Assembly (NCBI GenBank): GCA_001643675.2
Contig: LSRY02000014.1
Span: 372,001-436,000, forward strand
Direction of reading: 5' to 3'
Source: Monocercomonoides exilis PA203
Taxonomy: Eukaryota; Protista; Preaxostyla
Length of the DNA stretch: 64,000 nucleotides
Positions 35,401-48,264 of this stretch are shown one piece after another. Position numbers and translations under genes: made by a program. The notes beneath the pieces were generated by a model. That model saw only the letters and a list, made by a program, of their open reading frames with translations, was not told the DNA's origin and searched no databases. Each line of letters begins with the position of its first letter. Position 1 is the stretch's first letter.

Positions 35401-38400
35401 AGGAAATGAATTCAGACTGTGTGGATATGAAGATTACCCATGCAAGGGAATTGAGAATGTTGGAGAAGTTCAGTTTTCGAACAAAATGCGAGTGATCAGA
35501 CTGACAAATGCATTTTCATTTGATGAAGAAGTGAAATTGAAAGGACAGTCATATGAGGTTGATTCGAGTGACAAAGATGTTGGAATAAAAATCGAGGCAA
35601 CAGGAACAAAAACACAAGAAGCATTGGTGATGAACAGTGTTTCATCAACATTCACCGAGATATTATTTGAATTGGGAGGATCTATTGGAGAGCGATCATC
35701 ATTTGTTCATTCAACAGGAGGCACATTAAAATGTGCTGATTGTGGGATAAAGATGGGAAGCGAAGTGAATTCTGTGAATTATGTGTTCATGGGTGCGAGT
35801 GGAGGGAAAGTGGAGATTATCCGGATGAGTTGTGGAGGGAGTGTTAGAGAAGTGAGATTTGTGAATAGTGTGATTGTTGTGAATGGAAGTTGTGAATGCA
35901 TGATGGATGAGGTGATAATCAACAAAACAACATCAAATGGAGTGAATGGGCTGATTGAGATTGCCACAAGCAGCTCAGCTACAATTCAGAATTGTTCGAT
36001 AACAAATTGTGATCTTCCGAGTTGTGGAGCAATTCAAGTTGAGAAGTGTTCATCAATCACATTGAAGAACACCTCATTTGAGAGCATCACGAGAGGAGCA
36101 GGAGATGGTGGATGTGTTTGTTTGAGATCAAATGGTGATGGAAGCAGAGACACAATGAGAATTGAGAATTGCACATTCCTTGTGTGCAAAGTGAGTGAGA
36201 ATGGAAAAGGAGGAGGAGGACTGTCAGTTTCATTGGAGAATCCCTCTGAGCTGTATGTGTCTTCAACAAGATTTGAGAAGTGTTGTGCACCATCAACGAG
36301 TGGATCTAATGGAAGAGGAGGAGGATTTCTTCTTTCTCAAACAGATTCGGATGCAATCTTTGAATTATCAGGAGATTTGATATTTGATGGAAATAAAGCA
36401 ACCATTGGAAAGAATGTATTCATTTTAGCATCTGATCTGAACAAAACTGTGACAAGTGACTCGTTCAAGTTCGATTATTCCTCAATGAAGGATGATAAAA
36501 CTCTTTTTGTTGGAAGTGATAACTTTCATTCAAACAAGGAATTATTCATGTTTCTCGTTCCATACAAATCATTTGAGATATTTATCTCATCTGAAGGATA
36601 TGATGTTGCAAGATGTGGAAGTGAGAAGGAGCCATGTCAAACGATGTGGAAAGGGATAAAAAATATTAAAGAGGGAGATGAAATGAAAACAATTCAGATT
36701 GAAGGATCAACTGTCATTCAAGATTCGTTCAATGCATCCAATTATCAGATCAAAAAGAGTGCAAAGATGGGAGAAGAAAACGTGAAAGCCAAATTGAATT
36801 TTGAAAAGGCAATTGGAAATCAACTGGAATATTTCATGGAAAATGATATTCATCTTGAATTATCAAACATACAACTTCAACTGACATATGGTTTTGACAA
36901 CTCAGCCAAAACGATTATTACCAACAAAAATGGAGAATTTGTGATTACTGGATGTTCATTCCATTCAGAAGCTGGAATGAACAATGGATTTGATTGTGTG
37001 TTTGTGGATGTGATTGGAGGAAGTGTGGAAGTGAATGATTTGTCGATGGAATCGTGCAATGTTGGAGATAACATATTTGTCGTTCATGATTCTGGAATTT
37101 CTTGCCATTTTGTGAATGTTCGAGTGGAATCGTTGAATGAGAGTGGGGGATGCATTTTATCGATTAAGATATCTGAACAAGGATTGAAGATCAATGAAGG
37201 AAGTGAAGGAGGGATAAACCTTCAAATTGACAAATCATCATTTTCAGGTGTGAAGAGAAGTGACAATGGAGCAAGTATTTTGGAGTCAAAGAGCGAGAAA
37301 AAGATTTGTTTGGTTGTGAATTCGAGCAGCATAACAGAAGCCAAGGCAGAAACAAGTGAAAAAGGAGGGGCAATATTCTTCACATTGGGTGTGTCTGGAT
37401 CAATGAAGATGATTCAATCAGCAATCAGTCATTGCAGCTGTAGTGAAAGCACAGGAAGAGGAGGAGGGGTGTATTTGGCAACAAAGGAAAGAGGAGAATT
37501 GAATTTCATATTTGTGGGGATGAGATTCAGTTCAAATACAGCAAGCGTGGGGAATGATATTTTCGTTGAATGCTTCAACATCACATCTCAGATCAATGAA
37601 ACCCAATTTCAATTTGATCTCCGAGAAGGTCACTATTCACGAATTAATGCGATATATGGAAGAGATGAATGTGATTATCCAAATGATACAGATCTGATTG
37701 GATTTGTGACTATCCATCAGAGTGACACAATTGTTGTGAGCAGTGTGAATGGATCAAACGAAAAACAGTGTGGAACAAATGCTCTTCCATGTTATTCGAT
37801 TGAATATGGATTGGTGCATCTGACATCTGAATATGTGAGTCTATTGTATGTTGATACAGAGAGTGTGGTTGGTGGAGAGATGAATCTGGAGGAGATGAGC
37901 TTGAGTTCGAAGAACAGAGGCTTGTGCAAAGTTGAAGTGAAATCAAGCTTTGGAAAAACAAGAGAGGCATTAATCATTACCACAAATACAGTCTCATTGG
38001 TGAGGGTGAATTTTGTGTTTAATTCAAATTTCATCTCTCAACATGAATCATTGATATCACCTGAAGGAGGTATTTTTGAAATGATGAATTGCTCTTTTTC
38101 ATCAAAACAATCAGTGGAAGGTGAAAATGCTGAATTTGCAAATATACCATTTCATATTATAAACATGGAAAAAGGAGAACTACAACTTGACGGATGTGCA
38201 ATATCAAATCTCATTCTTCAAAAATCTTCAATATATCTCTCGTCAGCTCTTCCATCAACAATTGATTCATTAATGATTTGCAATTCAACAGTTTCTCATT
38301 CGCTTGTTGAAATTATTGAATGTGGACAATTAAATATGGAAAAGTTTCATTTAGAAAATATCACAGTTGAAGGAAATGAAGAATCATTGATATCTTATTT

Positions 38401-40588
38401 GTCTATGAAAAAGACAATTCAGTTGACAAACTGTTCAATGAGTGGAGTCAGCTCAAACAAAGCAAAAGGGAAATTGATGAAATTGGATAATTGCAAAGAT
38501 GTGAAAATGGACAGTTGCATTTTTGATGGGAGTTCAAATAAAAGAAAGGAGAAGAATTTGAATGTGGAACAAGAGATATGCAGATGGGAAGGATCTCTTG
38601 TGAATGTTGTGAAGAGTTCTGTGATGATGAAAGACACAACAATAGCAAATTCATCAGAAGGTGGAATAACAATAAGTGGAGGAAATGTGAATATTGAGAA
38701 AGGAGAATTCATGAATAACAACCCATCTATTGAAGGATATCCATCAATCAGAAGAAATATCATTTGCTCAGATTCTGGAACATTGAATGTGATGAGTTTG
38801 AAAGGAGGAGATGGATTGAAGGATAATTCTTCACTTTGGATTCTGAATGAAGGATGTGAATTGGGAGGGATGATTGAGGAGAGAGCATCATCATTCTTCA
38901 TTCCAGTGGTGGAAGAGGCGAGGAATGAGACAGGATCTGAGGGAAGAACAATCATCACACTGAGTGGGAGACTTCTTCTGCCATGTAATGTTTCGTTGAA
39001 GTTGAGCTTCAGGAATGGAAGGGAAGATGTGGTTGAGAGTTATGGGATTGGAGAAAAGGAAAGTGTGTCAGAGAATGAAATTGTTGCTGTTGTTTCATCG
39101 GTTCAGATGGGAGCAGTGGGAGCAGAGACAGAAGTGAGTGTGAGTCTTCTGTTTGGAAAAGGTGATTCGCCTTCATCGACTGATTTGTTTATCCTGAAGA
39201 ACAGAAGCGAAACCGAAGGAAAAAGAGATGACATAATTGTTGAAGGAGGGAAAGAAGGAAAATCATTTTGGCCAATAATTGTTGTTGTTATGGCAATAAT
39301 CCTTTTAATTGTTCTTATTGTGTCAATAATATTCATTGTTCGATGGAGAAAACAAAAGAGAAGGACAGAGGAACTTGAAGTGATTGTGGAAGACACAGTG
39401 AAAAAGGATCCGAAAGCATTTGAGATGGTGACGATGGAGATGTCACCAGAGGAGCAGTGGAGGAGAGCCGAGAGGGAAGCTGAAAAGAAGAATGAGGAAA
39501 GGATGAAGAAGAGGGTGTATGAGAAAAGCTTGGGACACTCAGAGTCATCAGAGCATTTGCTGAGTGAGAGTGGCTCCACTGAATACATTTTGGGAAGAGA
39601 CTCAGACAAGATTCCAGAATGGATGCTGGAGAAGGTGGATGAGAAAGAAGTTGAGGAAGAGGCAAGGAAGCGAACGCCATCACCATCCATCTCATCCACT
39701 TCAACCACAGATACTTCAGACACAGAATCCACTTTTGTTCGAGGGGAGGATCTGTGCCCAACCACCTCATCCATGTCGAATCTTGTGGATGTGATGGCCT
39801 GTTCGTCTCCTCATGAAAAGCTGATTGTTGATCTGAGGGATTCGCTGTTCATGCTGCTGCACGGAAAGAATGCGAAGAAGGAGATGGCGATTGGTTCATT
39901 GAAGGAGAGAGAGCAAACAGCTGCTCAAATCCTGTTCTGGGTGGCGAATGGAGCTCTCCACTCATTTGACGAAATGGATAATCCACTCCAATCTCTTTCC
40001 AATCTCAGTCCTCACATTGTGCTGTTCTCAGAGCACATGGTGATCTGCATTGTGATGCATTCAGACTTCTCATCTTCAGACTCAGATTCATCATCCATCT
40101 CATCAACAACAGTTGTGACATCTGCAAGTGATGATGATGATGATGACTCTCTGCCTTCATCAGCGTTTGAGGATGAGGATGATTTCAGGAAGGAGTGCTT
40201 GAGGTGGAAGGCGCCAGAGCTGCTGGTGAACAAGATGATGGGGGCAACAAAGGAGTCGGTGGCATTCTCGATTGGGATGATGGTGTGGGAGTGTCTGACT
40301 CTTCAAATTCCGTTTGGGGAGTATGGAGCAGAGGTGGCGGGGCAGAAGATTGTGAATGGGGAGAAGCCGGATGTGAGGAGGGTGGGCGGGAGCAGCTTGG
40401 CGGGTGTGGTGAAGGGGTGCCTGTCGCAAGACTGGGGGCAGCGGCCGAGTGTGAACGAGCTGAAGCGGGAGTTTATTGTGCGGTTTCCGAAAGGGGCAGC
40501 AATCATGACGATGACAGACGCGATCTGTGTTCGGGAAGAGTCCATGGCTGGGCTGAACAGAAGCATGATGAGCGAGTCGGAGGAGTGA
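32459..40588 (+). pseudogene. Giant single-pass receptor-like TKL pseudokinase interrupted by an in-frame TGA (34118-34120)
   Basis: ORFs 32447..34120 and 34151..40588 share one frame separated only by TGA (...HNCR*TTSSTPYGHDV...). It has a Cys-rich ectodomain with repeated GGAI/GGGLY motifs, a TM helix 'FWPIIVVVMAIILLIVLIVSIIFIV', and kinase subdomains VIII-XI ('RWKAPE', 'VAFSIGMMVWECLT...PF', 'CL..DWGQRPS') but no recognisable HRD or DFG. Confidence 0.7.
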
Positions 40589-41680
40589 GAGGATGAGGAT
40601 TGGAAGTTGGCAAGCAGGAGAGCAGGAGAGCAGAGGAGCAGGAGAGCAATGAAAATGAGACAATGGAGACGATGCGAAGTGTTCTTGCCATTCACAACAA
40701 CATCCTCTCCAAAAATAAAGCATGTTGATGCATTGGAGAAGAGGAATGCAAAAGGAGGATGATTGAAAGGGAAATGGCTGTTGGGGCAGAAGCCTTTGAG
40801 AGGAATGGGCATGGTGAAAGGAGGGGAGATGAAGTGATGCACCCCTTCAAAAAAAGAGTCAGAATGAAAATATGAGCTGGATTTGCTTGAAGGAAGTGAG
40901 CCAACTTTGTGGAATGGAGTTGTGGAACGGGGTTGAGGAGAGTTTTGTTTTTCTGTCAGATTTTCAACATCAATTTATTACTTTTTCACTTTCTTTTTCA
41001 TTTTTCGTTTTTGTTTGCTTTTCAAAGTTTGTTGTGGAGCAGCATGATTTGCGAGTTGTGCTGTCTGTTTGCGTTATTGAAAAAAAAGGAATGCTTTGAG
41101 TGTATTTCAGTTCTGTGTATTCAATATTTGGAATTATTTGTTCATAATCATCACATTTATGTTATAAACTTATATTTTAATTTGTTGAATCTGTTGCCTT
41201 AGGTAAAAATACACTCATTTGAATGCGACTTTTTCTGAAAACAAAGATCACAAAAAACCTATTTGATTTGAATTATTTTTTGTACCTCAACAACATTTTG
41301 TTTTATTAATTATGGTTTTCAATTGTTTGATCCTTATTTTCATTATTATAATAACTATATTTTGAGAGAAACGAGAAATAAAATAAATTTTTGCTGTGTA
41401 TATCTCAACTTTTTTATTAATGATCTTATAAAAATAAATAACTGGAATTTCAAATAGTCAAAAAAAAAACTATTCTTGATTTTTAGTAAATAAAGTCTGA
41501 ATAATAAGTGAAAAAAGTGAACAATTCATTTTGCTGAATCTTTCATGAAAATTCCTGAATAGCAATGTTTTGTAACAAACGATTTTTTCAAATGATTATT
41601 GTCAAACAATTGATTTATTCTTTTTTTTTAATTCTTTCATTTCATCAATTCTTTTTTCCTACGAAATTCACAGAAAATTT

Positions 41681-44006
41681 TTCTAAGTCGAAAAACTTTC
41701 AAACGAAATCGAATACACCAAATATTTATCAAGATCGAAAAAGTTTAATTCAAGATCGAAAATTATTATACGAAATCGGAAAACTTTAATTCGAAATCGA
41801 AAATATTTTATTCAACATCGAAAATTCTTTATCATCAAGAAACTTGAAAAATATCATAAAATTCATTCTCATGTCAGTTTCTTTTCTTTCGGTTATTGAT
41901 CCGAGATATTTGAAATTTTCAATCAGAAAAATATTTTTTGATGTTTTTTTGGTGTTTAAGTGTGTAAAATAGCGTGAATATAATAAAATATTCATTTTTT
42001 TTTTCTTCACATGTGTTCAGGAGATTACAAGGAATATGAGCAAAAAATAAAAGTGATTGGATAGTTCATGATCTTGTTTTGTGCACAAACAGACAGAAAT
42101 TTATCATATTTATTGAATACGAAATGTTTTGAATTTCATTTACTGCATTGGAAGCTGATACAATAAAATATTTTCGTTTTTCATATTAATAAAAGAATCG
42201 ATTGTAATCAGTCTATATAATAGAAAACAGTCGTTCAAAACGAAAGAAAAACATTTCCGATAAATAAACATAAGTTATTATCAACATTTGTGTCAAAAAA
42301 TATTCTTGGTTTTAACTTGAATTGAAATTCTGAACCAATTAACTTCTTTTTCCTTTTTGAATTTTAGTTTTTCGATGTTGAATCATTTTTGGTGTAATGT
42401 TTTCAATGATGACGACTGAAATTCATTGATCCTTTTCTCATTTTGAAAATTGAAAGTGTTTTATTTTATCAGATTCAAATGTAATAAATGGGTGATTATT
42501 TTTGAAATCATAACTTTTTTCGGGGTGTCAATTTTTCATTTTCATTTGTCGGTTGGAAGAGATTTTGTATTCTATTTGAGAATTCTATGACAACTGTTTT
42601 TAAAACAAACGTTAAAGCAGAAATAAAAATCATGATAATGTTTTTCTAGCCTTTTCTCTTTTAAGTGTTCTTTTGTTTTTATAAAGGAGAAATATTCAAA
42701 CCGAAAATTTAATTAGAAATAATATAACATCAAAAATAATCACCCAAATGAAATCGAAAACATTTCGTTTCATGGAAATGAGATTTATTTCTGTCTTTTT
42801 GAACGAAAAATAATATAAATAGCGACCCTGCTTTTTTTTATTTTTTTGTGAAATAACTTTTTGTCTCCTATGTACATGTGAAGAGTTAAAAAATAATGAA
42901 TTTTTTCTTTTTCATTCTGTTGAACACAATCAAACACCATAAATGAGGGAAAATACGGACTTTGAAGCTTTTAATGCACAAAGAATGAAAAAATTGTTTC
43001 GCTTATAACTTTATTTCGCTGTCTCAGTTTTCAAAATAATGTGGATTTGCATATCTGAAAGCTGGCATCATTAAAATTAAATCATGAAGTTTTGTGACAT
43101 TTTTCGAATGTCAAAAAATAAACATATTTTTTTTGTGTTTTTTGACTTTAAAAAGTCAATAAAAAATGTATAATTTTTCACTGAAAATGCCTGAAGAGGA
43201 ATATTTTGCAACAGCTCAATTTTAAAAATTATTTTTTGAATGAATTTGATTAATTTCTCGAATCATTTACTGAAAAAATAAGAAACTGAAATGAGTGTGA
43301 ATTTTTTGATTTTTTTCAAAATTTTGGATGATAAAGAGTTTTCGATGTTGAATTAAACTTTTTAGATTTTGAATAAAACTTTTTCAATGTTTAAAACTTT
43401 TACGATTTTGAATAATTTTTGGTGTGTTTGCAAAAAAATAAAATAAAATAAAAATAAAAAACAAAACGTTTTATAAAAAGTGTTCAATCGAGAAAATTAT
43501 TGTTATTCAGTTTTTGTGAATATTATCAGCAACGTTTGTGTTGTTGTTCTCTGCGAATAAAGTAAATTTTGAACAAAAATAAACTCAAATATAAACAAGA
43601 AACAAAACTTAAAACATTTGTTTCTTTCAAAAAGAAATGAGTTTTTTTCAATGAAAAAACATGTAATAAGAGAGCCAACACTGTATTCATCATTCTTTTC
43701 AAAATTGGTTATGAAAACATAATTTTTCTATGACTAATTTTCTGTGAAGAAGTATGCTTTCAATTCAAATAAGACAATTTATCAGAATTCCTCTCATGTT
43801 TTGAAAATTTGCAATTGTTAAATTGGCAGCACAAAAACATATATGCAAAGAGATGGAAAATCATTAAAATAACAAGCATCGTTGATATTTAAACAATAAA
43901 TAAATAATTTTTTTTATTTTTTAACTTTTATTGATTTTTGTAAACTTTCAGAAAATTTTTAGTTTTTCAAATTTTCGACTTTGGTTGAAAGTTTTTCGAC
44001 TTTGAA
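41681..44006. mobile_element. Large degenerate foldback (long inverted repeat) element, interrupted by later insertions
   Basis: The left arm (~41681-42215) matches by eye the reverse complement of right-arm pieces at ~43970-44006, ~43218-43428, ~42746-42944 and ~42412-42489 (e.g. ATTCAACATCGAAAATTCTTTATCATC vs GATGATAAAGAGTTTTCGATGTTGAAT). The arms carry ~20-bp subrepeats (TTCAAGATCGAAAA). Confidence 0.7.
42490..42745. mobile_element. 256-bp MITE with GGG...CCC ends and 4-bp AAAT target-site duplication
   Basis: Perfect 16-bp TIR GGGTGATTATTTTTGA / TCAAAAATAATCACCC, AAAT on both sides (42486-42489, 42746-42749). Removing it restores the foldback arm. Confidence 0.8.
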
Positions 44007-44188
44007 TTAAACATGTGTTTCTCCTTGACTAATAACAGATAAAATTGGTTTCCTGACGGATCGAGAGATAATTTTCACTTTAGAACCTCAATTATGAAAA
44101 CAATTAATTTCAACGCTAATATTATAAAATATTAATTCAAAAAAGTGAAGAATGAAAATACGTTTTTCAAAAAAAATATTGACAAATA

Positions 44189-45003
44189 CAGTTTGCGCAA
44201 AAAATACAGGACAAGATCGATTTCTCAATAACCGCAAGAGGAATAATTCTGTTAATTTTCCTCAAAATATATCTTTTCAATACAGTCAAAACCGGATATT
44301 ATTACATCGGTTTTTGCACGACTTTTTGTGACTATATCCGATTGTGATAAAATATGATGCTGCTTAACAACGAAAAAATTGACTCAAAATACATTAACAA
44401 ATTAATTAATTTTGTGTCGATTTTTTTATTTTTGGAAATTCTGCACAAACACACTATTTTCACTTGCTTGAACATTTTTGATCATAAATACTCATAATTC
44501 AGACTTATTTGAGCATATTTTTGCAAAATCAAAAAATTCATATTTTTGATCAAAAAACCGATTTTTCATTGAAAAAATCACCCATAATAATAATAAATGT
44601 GATTATATATTTTCATCCCTGAGATAATATTCGATGGAAAATGAATGAAAAATGAGCTAAAAAGGTCGGTGCATGGAAAAATGTGACTATAAACGAATGT
44701 GATTGTATTCGATGTGATTATATCCGGTTTTGACTGTACAAACTCATTTGATATTCAAATCTTTCTGAACAACTTCATTTGCTCTCAGAAAAAATTAATG
44801 ATTAAAATCTCGGAGAAATAGGATTTTGAGTTTCTCCGAAATTTCGATATTTATTTTTTCTGAGCACAAACGAGGAAGTTTTGTAAGTCTCGTTTTTCCA
44901 ATGAGTTTGCATTAATGAAAAGTGTTTTGAGAAAAATTGATAGAATTATTCCTCTTGCAGTTATTGAGAAATCGATCTTGTCCGGGATTTTTTGTGCAAA
45001 CTG
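44189..45003. mobile_element. Tc1/mariner-type palindromic MITE (TA target duplication) carrying a nested insertion
   Basis: TA-CAGTTTGCGCAAAAAATACAGGACAAGATCGATTTCTCAATAACCGCAAGAGGAATAATTCT ... AGAATTATTCCTCTTGCAGTTATTGAGAAATCGATCTTGTCCGGGATTTTTTGTGCAAACTG-TA; the internal arms continue to a centre near 44825. Confidence 0.85.
44283..44736. mobile_element. pogo/Tigger-like MITE nested in the 44189-45003 element
   Basis: TA-CAGTCAAAACCGGATATTATTACATCG ... CGATGTGATTATATCCGGTTTTGACTG-TA (27-bp TIR, 2 mismatches, TA TSD). Confidence 0.85.
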
Positions 45004-45740
45004 TAAAAAAATTTAGAATTTCTTGATCATCGGACCGATAGTGAAGACAGCGACTGTCAGAGGAATTTGTATCTGGCAGGGAAGAAATTATTTTTTTAAT
45101 TTGTGAAACAAAGCAAAGTTTAAATAATAAAACAAAAAGAATAAATTCAAAAAAATTAACTCATTTAACGAAATCCCCAAAAATCTGCAAAAATAAATAT
45201 TAGATTTAAAAACAAACACAGACGTAGATTTTCAATTACTGACGGACAAAACAATAATTTTTTTTATCTGAAACACTTGTTCACTTTGAATAAATTTTTG
45301 CCATTTATTATTTGTAAGTTTTCTAATTTTTAAAATTATTTTTTTATTTTTATTGATATTTTTCTTTATCTATGAATAATGGAAATACAGAAATAATAAA
45401 TCGATATTCAATTAATCAAACTTTTCAAAAAGGAAAAATTGTTGAGCTGATGATAACTTTTGCTTAATGAATGAGGAATTAAATATTATAATTTATTTCA
45501 ACGTTAAAATAACAAACAATCAATTGTTCAGGTTCACGAACTTTTATATGACAAACAAATTCTCGCAAATTCAAAGTCCATTCTCATTAACATCTTAAAT
45601 TATTCATAATTAACACTCCAATAACAATTTTCATCAAAATTATTTTGTGTATTTGAAAATACCAATTGTCCAGAATTTTAAATTTGATAAAAATAAATGA
45701 CCTTCCAAAACTTCTCAAAATTTAGGAAGAAAATGAAGCC

Positions 45741-47975
45741 TCAACCATAAGTTTCCTTTTTTTGCAAAAAATGAAAGCATAAAATTTTCTTTAAAGAAAA
45801 AGAATTTTCACACTGCTTCAAAATTTCCAACTCGATCTCTCTCAGAATAGACGAATCCTTTGAAATTAAGGTTTCATATTTAATCTTGAGGTCTTGCATC
45901 TTGGATATCTTTGAATTTATAAAATTAAGTTCAGGAGTTCGGAAACGTTCCTGCAATTGTGAAAAACAAAATTTCAATTAAAAAAAGAAAAGAAAAAAAC
46001 TTTTCGGTGACAAACTATTCTGAAATTACACCATTTCTGCAAGCATTCAAGTTTTGAACTCAAAGCTTCCATCTGATGTTGAATGAAATCCAATTGTGCA
46101 CGAGCTTTTCTCGCCAAAGACAAAATTTCAGAATACTCGTAAAGAACACTTTCTTCTGAAATCTTTGAAATTCTTAACTCATTGTAAAGAATTTCCAGTT
46201 TTTGTAATAGTCCATTCGTAGTTTCAAGAAAATTTTCATTTTGAGAATTTGGAAAAACAAATGGAGAATTAGGCAAATCAGGACTAGGTGCTGGAGAAAC
46301 ATATGGAATTGGAATTAATTTATCTATCATTTTTTTCAATTGAGCATCTGTCAATTTTCTCTGTTGTACAGTTTCCATCAACAAGTACACATCAATCCAT
46401 TTTTCCAGACAATCACAATATCCACAAAGACTTATGCATTAGATCAAAATTTTTGAATTAAGATTTTTCAATTTTATTTTTTTGCTACAAATAATAAGCG
46501 TTGCTTTCAACGTTGTGAATTTCATATTAATCATTGAGCTGCCCTTTAGCATATTTCTTATCAATAGCAGAAAAAAAAAATTGAAAATTTTCTAACAATT
46601 GCACATTCGTTTCTATGAAAAATAATAACTTTGAGCTAGAAAATGGATATTTTAAAGAGCGTTTGATTTTGCTTTGAAAGTGAAAATGCTTTTCTAAATC
46701 ATTATTATGCGCTATTTCAAGGTTTTGTTATGCAAATGCTTTAAAAAAAATTCAAAAAAAAAATATTATGAATGAGAAAAAAAAATTGAAGTAAAAAATT
46801 TTAGTAGAATTATTGAACATCGATTGCTTCTGCATTAACTCTTAAATTCCGTCAATATTACTTATTGATTTCGTTGATTCGAAAATTTTCTCATTTCTTT
46901 GAACAAATTCGTGCTCTCGCAATATCGTTCCTCTTAAATCTTCGCATTCCATTCCAACAGCTTCTGAAATGAACACGTTTTCGCATCCTTTTATCCAGAT
47001 ATTTCTTGCTTTTTCCCAATTTTTTTCTTTTTCTGCAACAACACGCTTTTCCCAAGCAGCAGCCGAACGAAGATTATCAATCCTTCCATTTAACGTACTT
47101 TTTGTTATGCTTATCAAATGATTTGCTTGAGCTAACGAAAAATTAAGTTCCTATTTTTTTCAGAATGAAAAAAAAGTTAAAAGACAAAATACTGTTTCAA
47201 ACATCATTTGACTTTAATAATTTCTCGTTTTCCTTTTTTCTGAGTATTATTTCTGCAGCTTGTTTTTCCACTGTTGACTCAAGTTCCTTTAATGCATTCT
47301 CCTTTTCTTCACATATTTTCATAACTTTATCAGCTTTTTCTTCAGTCGTTTTCAATTTTTCTTCACAACGAGAACTAATAATATCGCATCCTTTGACTTG
47401 CTCCATCAATAGGCGTAATTTATTTTCGCATTGATCATGAAAATTATCCTTTTCTTTAAGTAAAATTTTCAGATGTTCAACTTCGGCTTTGGATTCGCTT
47501 AGTTGTTCGTTAATTTTACTAATCGTCTCATCTTTTTTTTGAACAAAATTCTTTAAATTATCGATATTATTTTTCAAGTTCTGAATTTCTAAATTAATAC
47601 TTTCCCTGTATTTCATAAAAAAACAAACAAGCAAAAACCTCGTTTCATCGCAACCTCACGACTCTCAGCTGTAAATTGTGCGAGTTGTGCCTTTTCTTTC
47701 AAATCTTCAAGTTCTTTTTCAAGAACATAAACAGAATGTGGCTTCAAAAAATTAAAGATCTTTAATAATGTCTTTTATTGATATTGAAATACTTTTTGTA
47801 ATGCGTAACTATGAGTTTCTTCTGATCTTAACTGATTGTTGTTGCTGCACTCACTCTGAATCTGCCCATCAATTTGATGAAAGAAATTGTTCAAAAACAA
47901 AAAAAGGTGAACAAAAACTTTTTCATGTTCTTCTATGTACCGTTTCAAGTTTTGTTTAAAAACGAAAAAATCCAT
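45741..47975 (-). CDS. Multi-exon coiled-coil protein of unknown function (3' end and exon boundaries approximate)
   Basis: A chain of short minus-strand ORFs (47775-47975, 47197-47634, 46842-47117, 45974-46390, 45741-45977) with E/K/Q/L heptad character, separated by AT-rich intron-like gaps with GT/AG ends. Confidence 0.5.
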
Positions 47976-48264
47976 TCAAAAATGTCTAATCAACGTTAAA
48001 TAAAGTTTCCAGATAATAATCATTTTAAATAAAAAATTAATGGGTTCGATCGTTATTCCGATTTTTATTGTGGAAGTCTTTTCAATTTAATTACTTCTTT
48101 TAATTTTTTCCCAGTTAATAAAATGAATCAAGTGCTATAAAACAAAGCATTTTTGAAATACATTAACTTTAATCCTAGAAAATAATAATCTTTTCAAAAT
48201 TAAAAATTACTTTAAAAGCCGTCAAAAAGTTAAAAAATAAACCAAAAACACTATGAAATGAATC

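Noticed and set aside
41700-41830. ~20-bp repeats as a possible CRISPR array
   Set aside because: No unique spacers, degenerate tandem units, eukaryotic context and no cas genes; better explained as TIR subrepeats.
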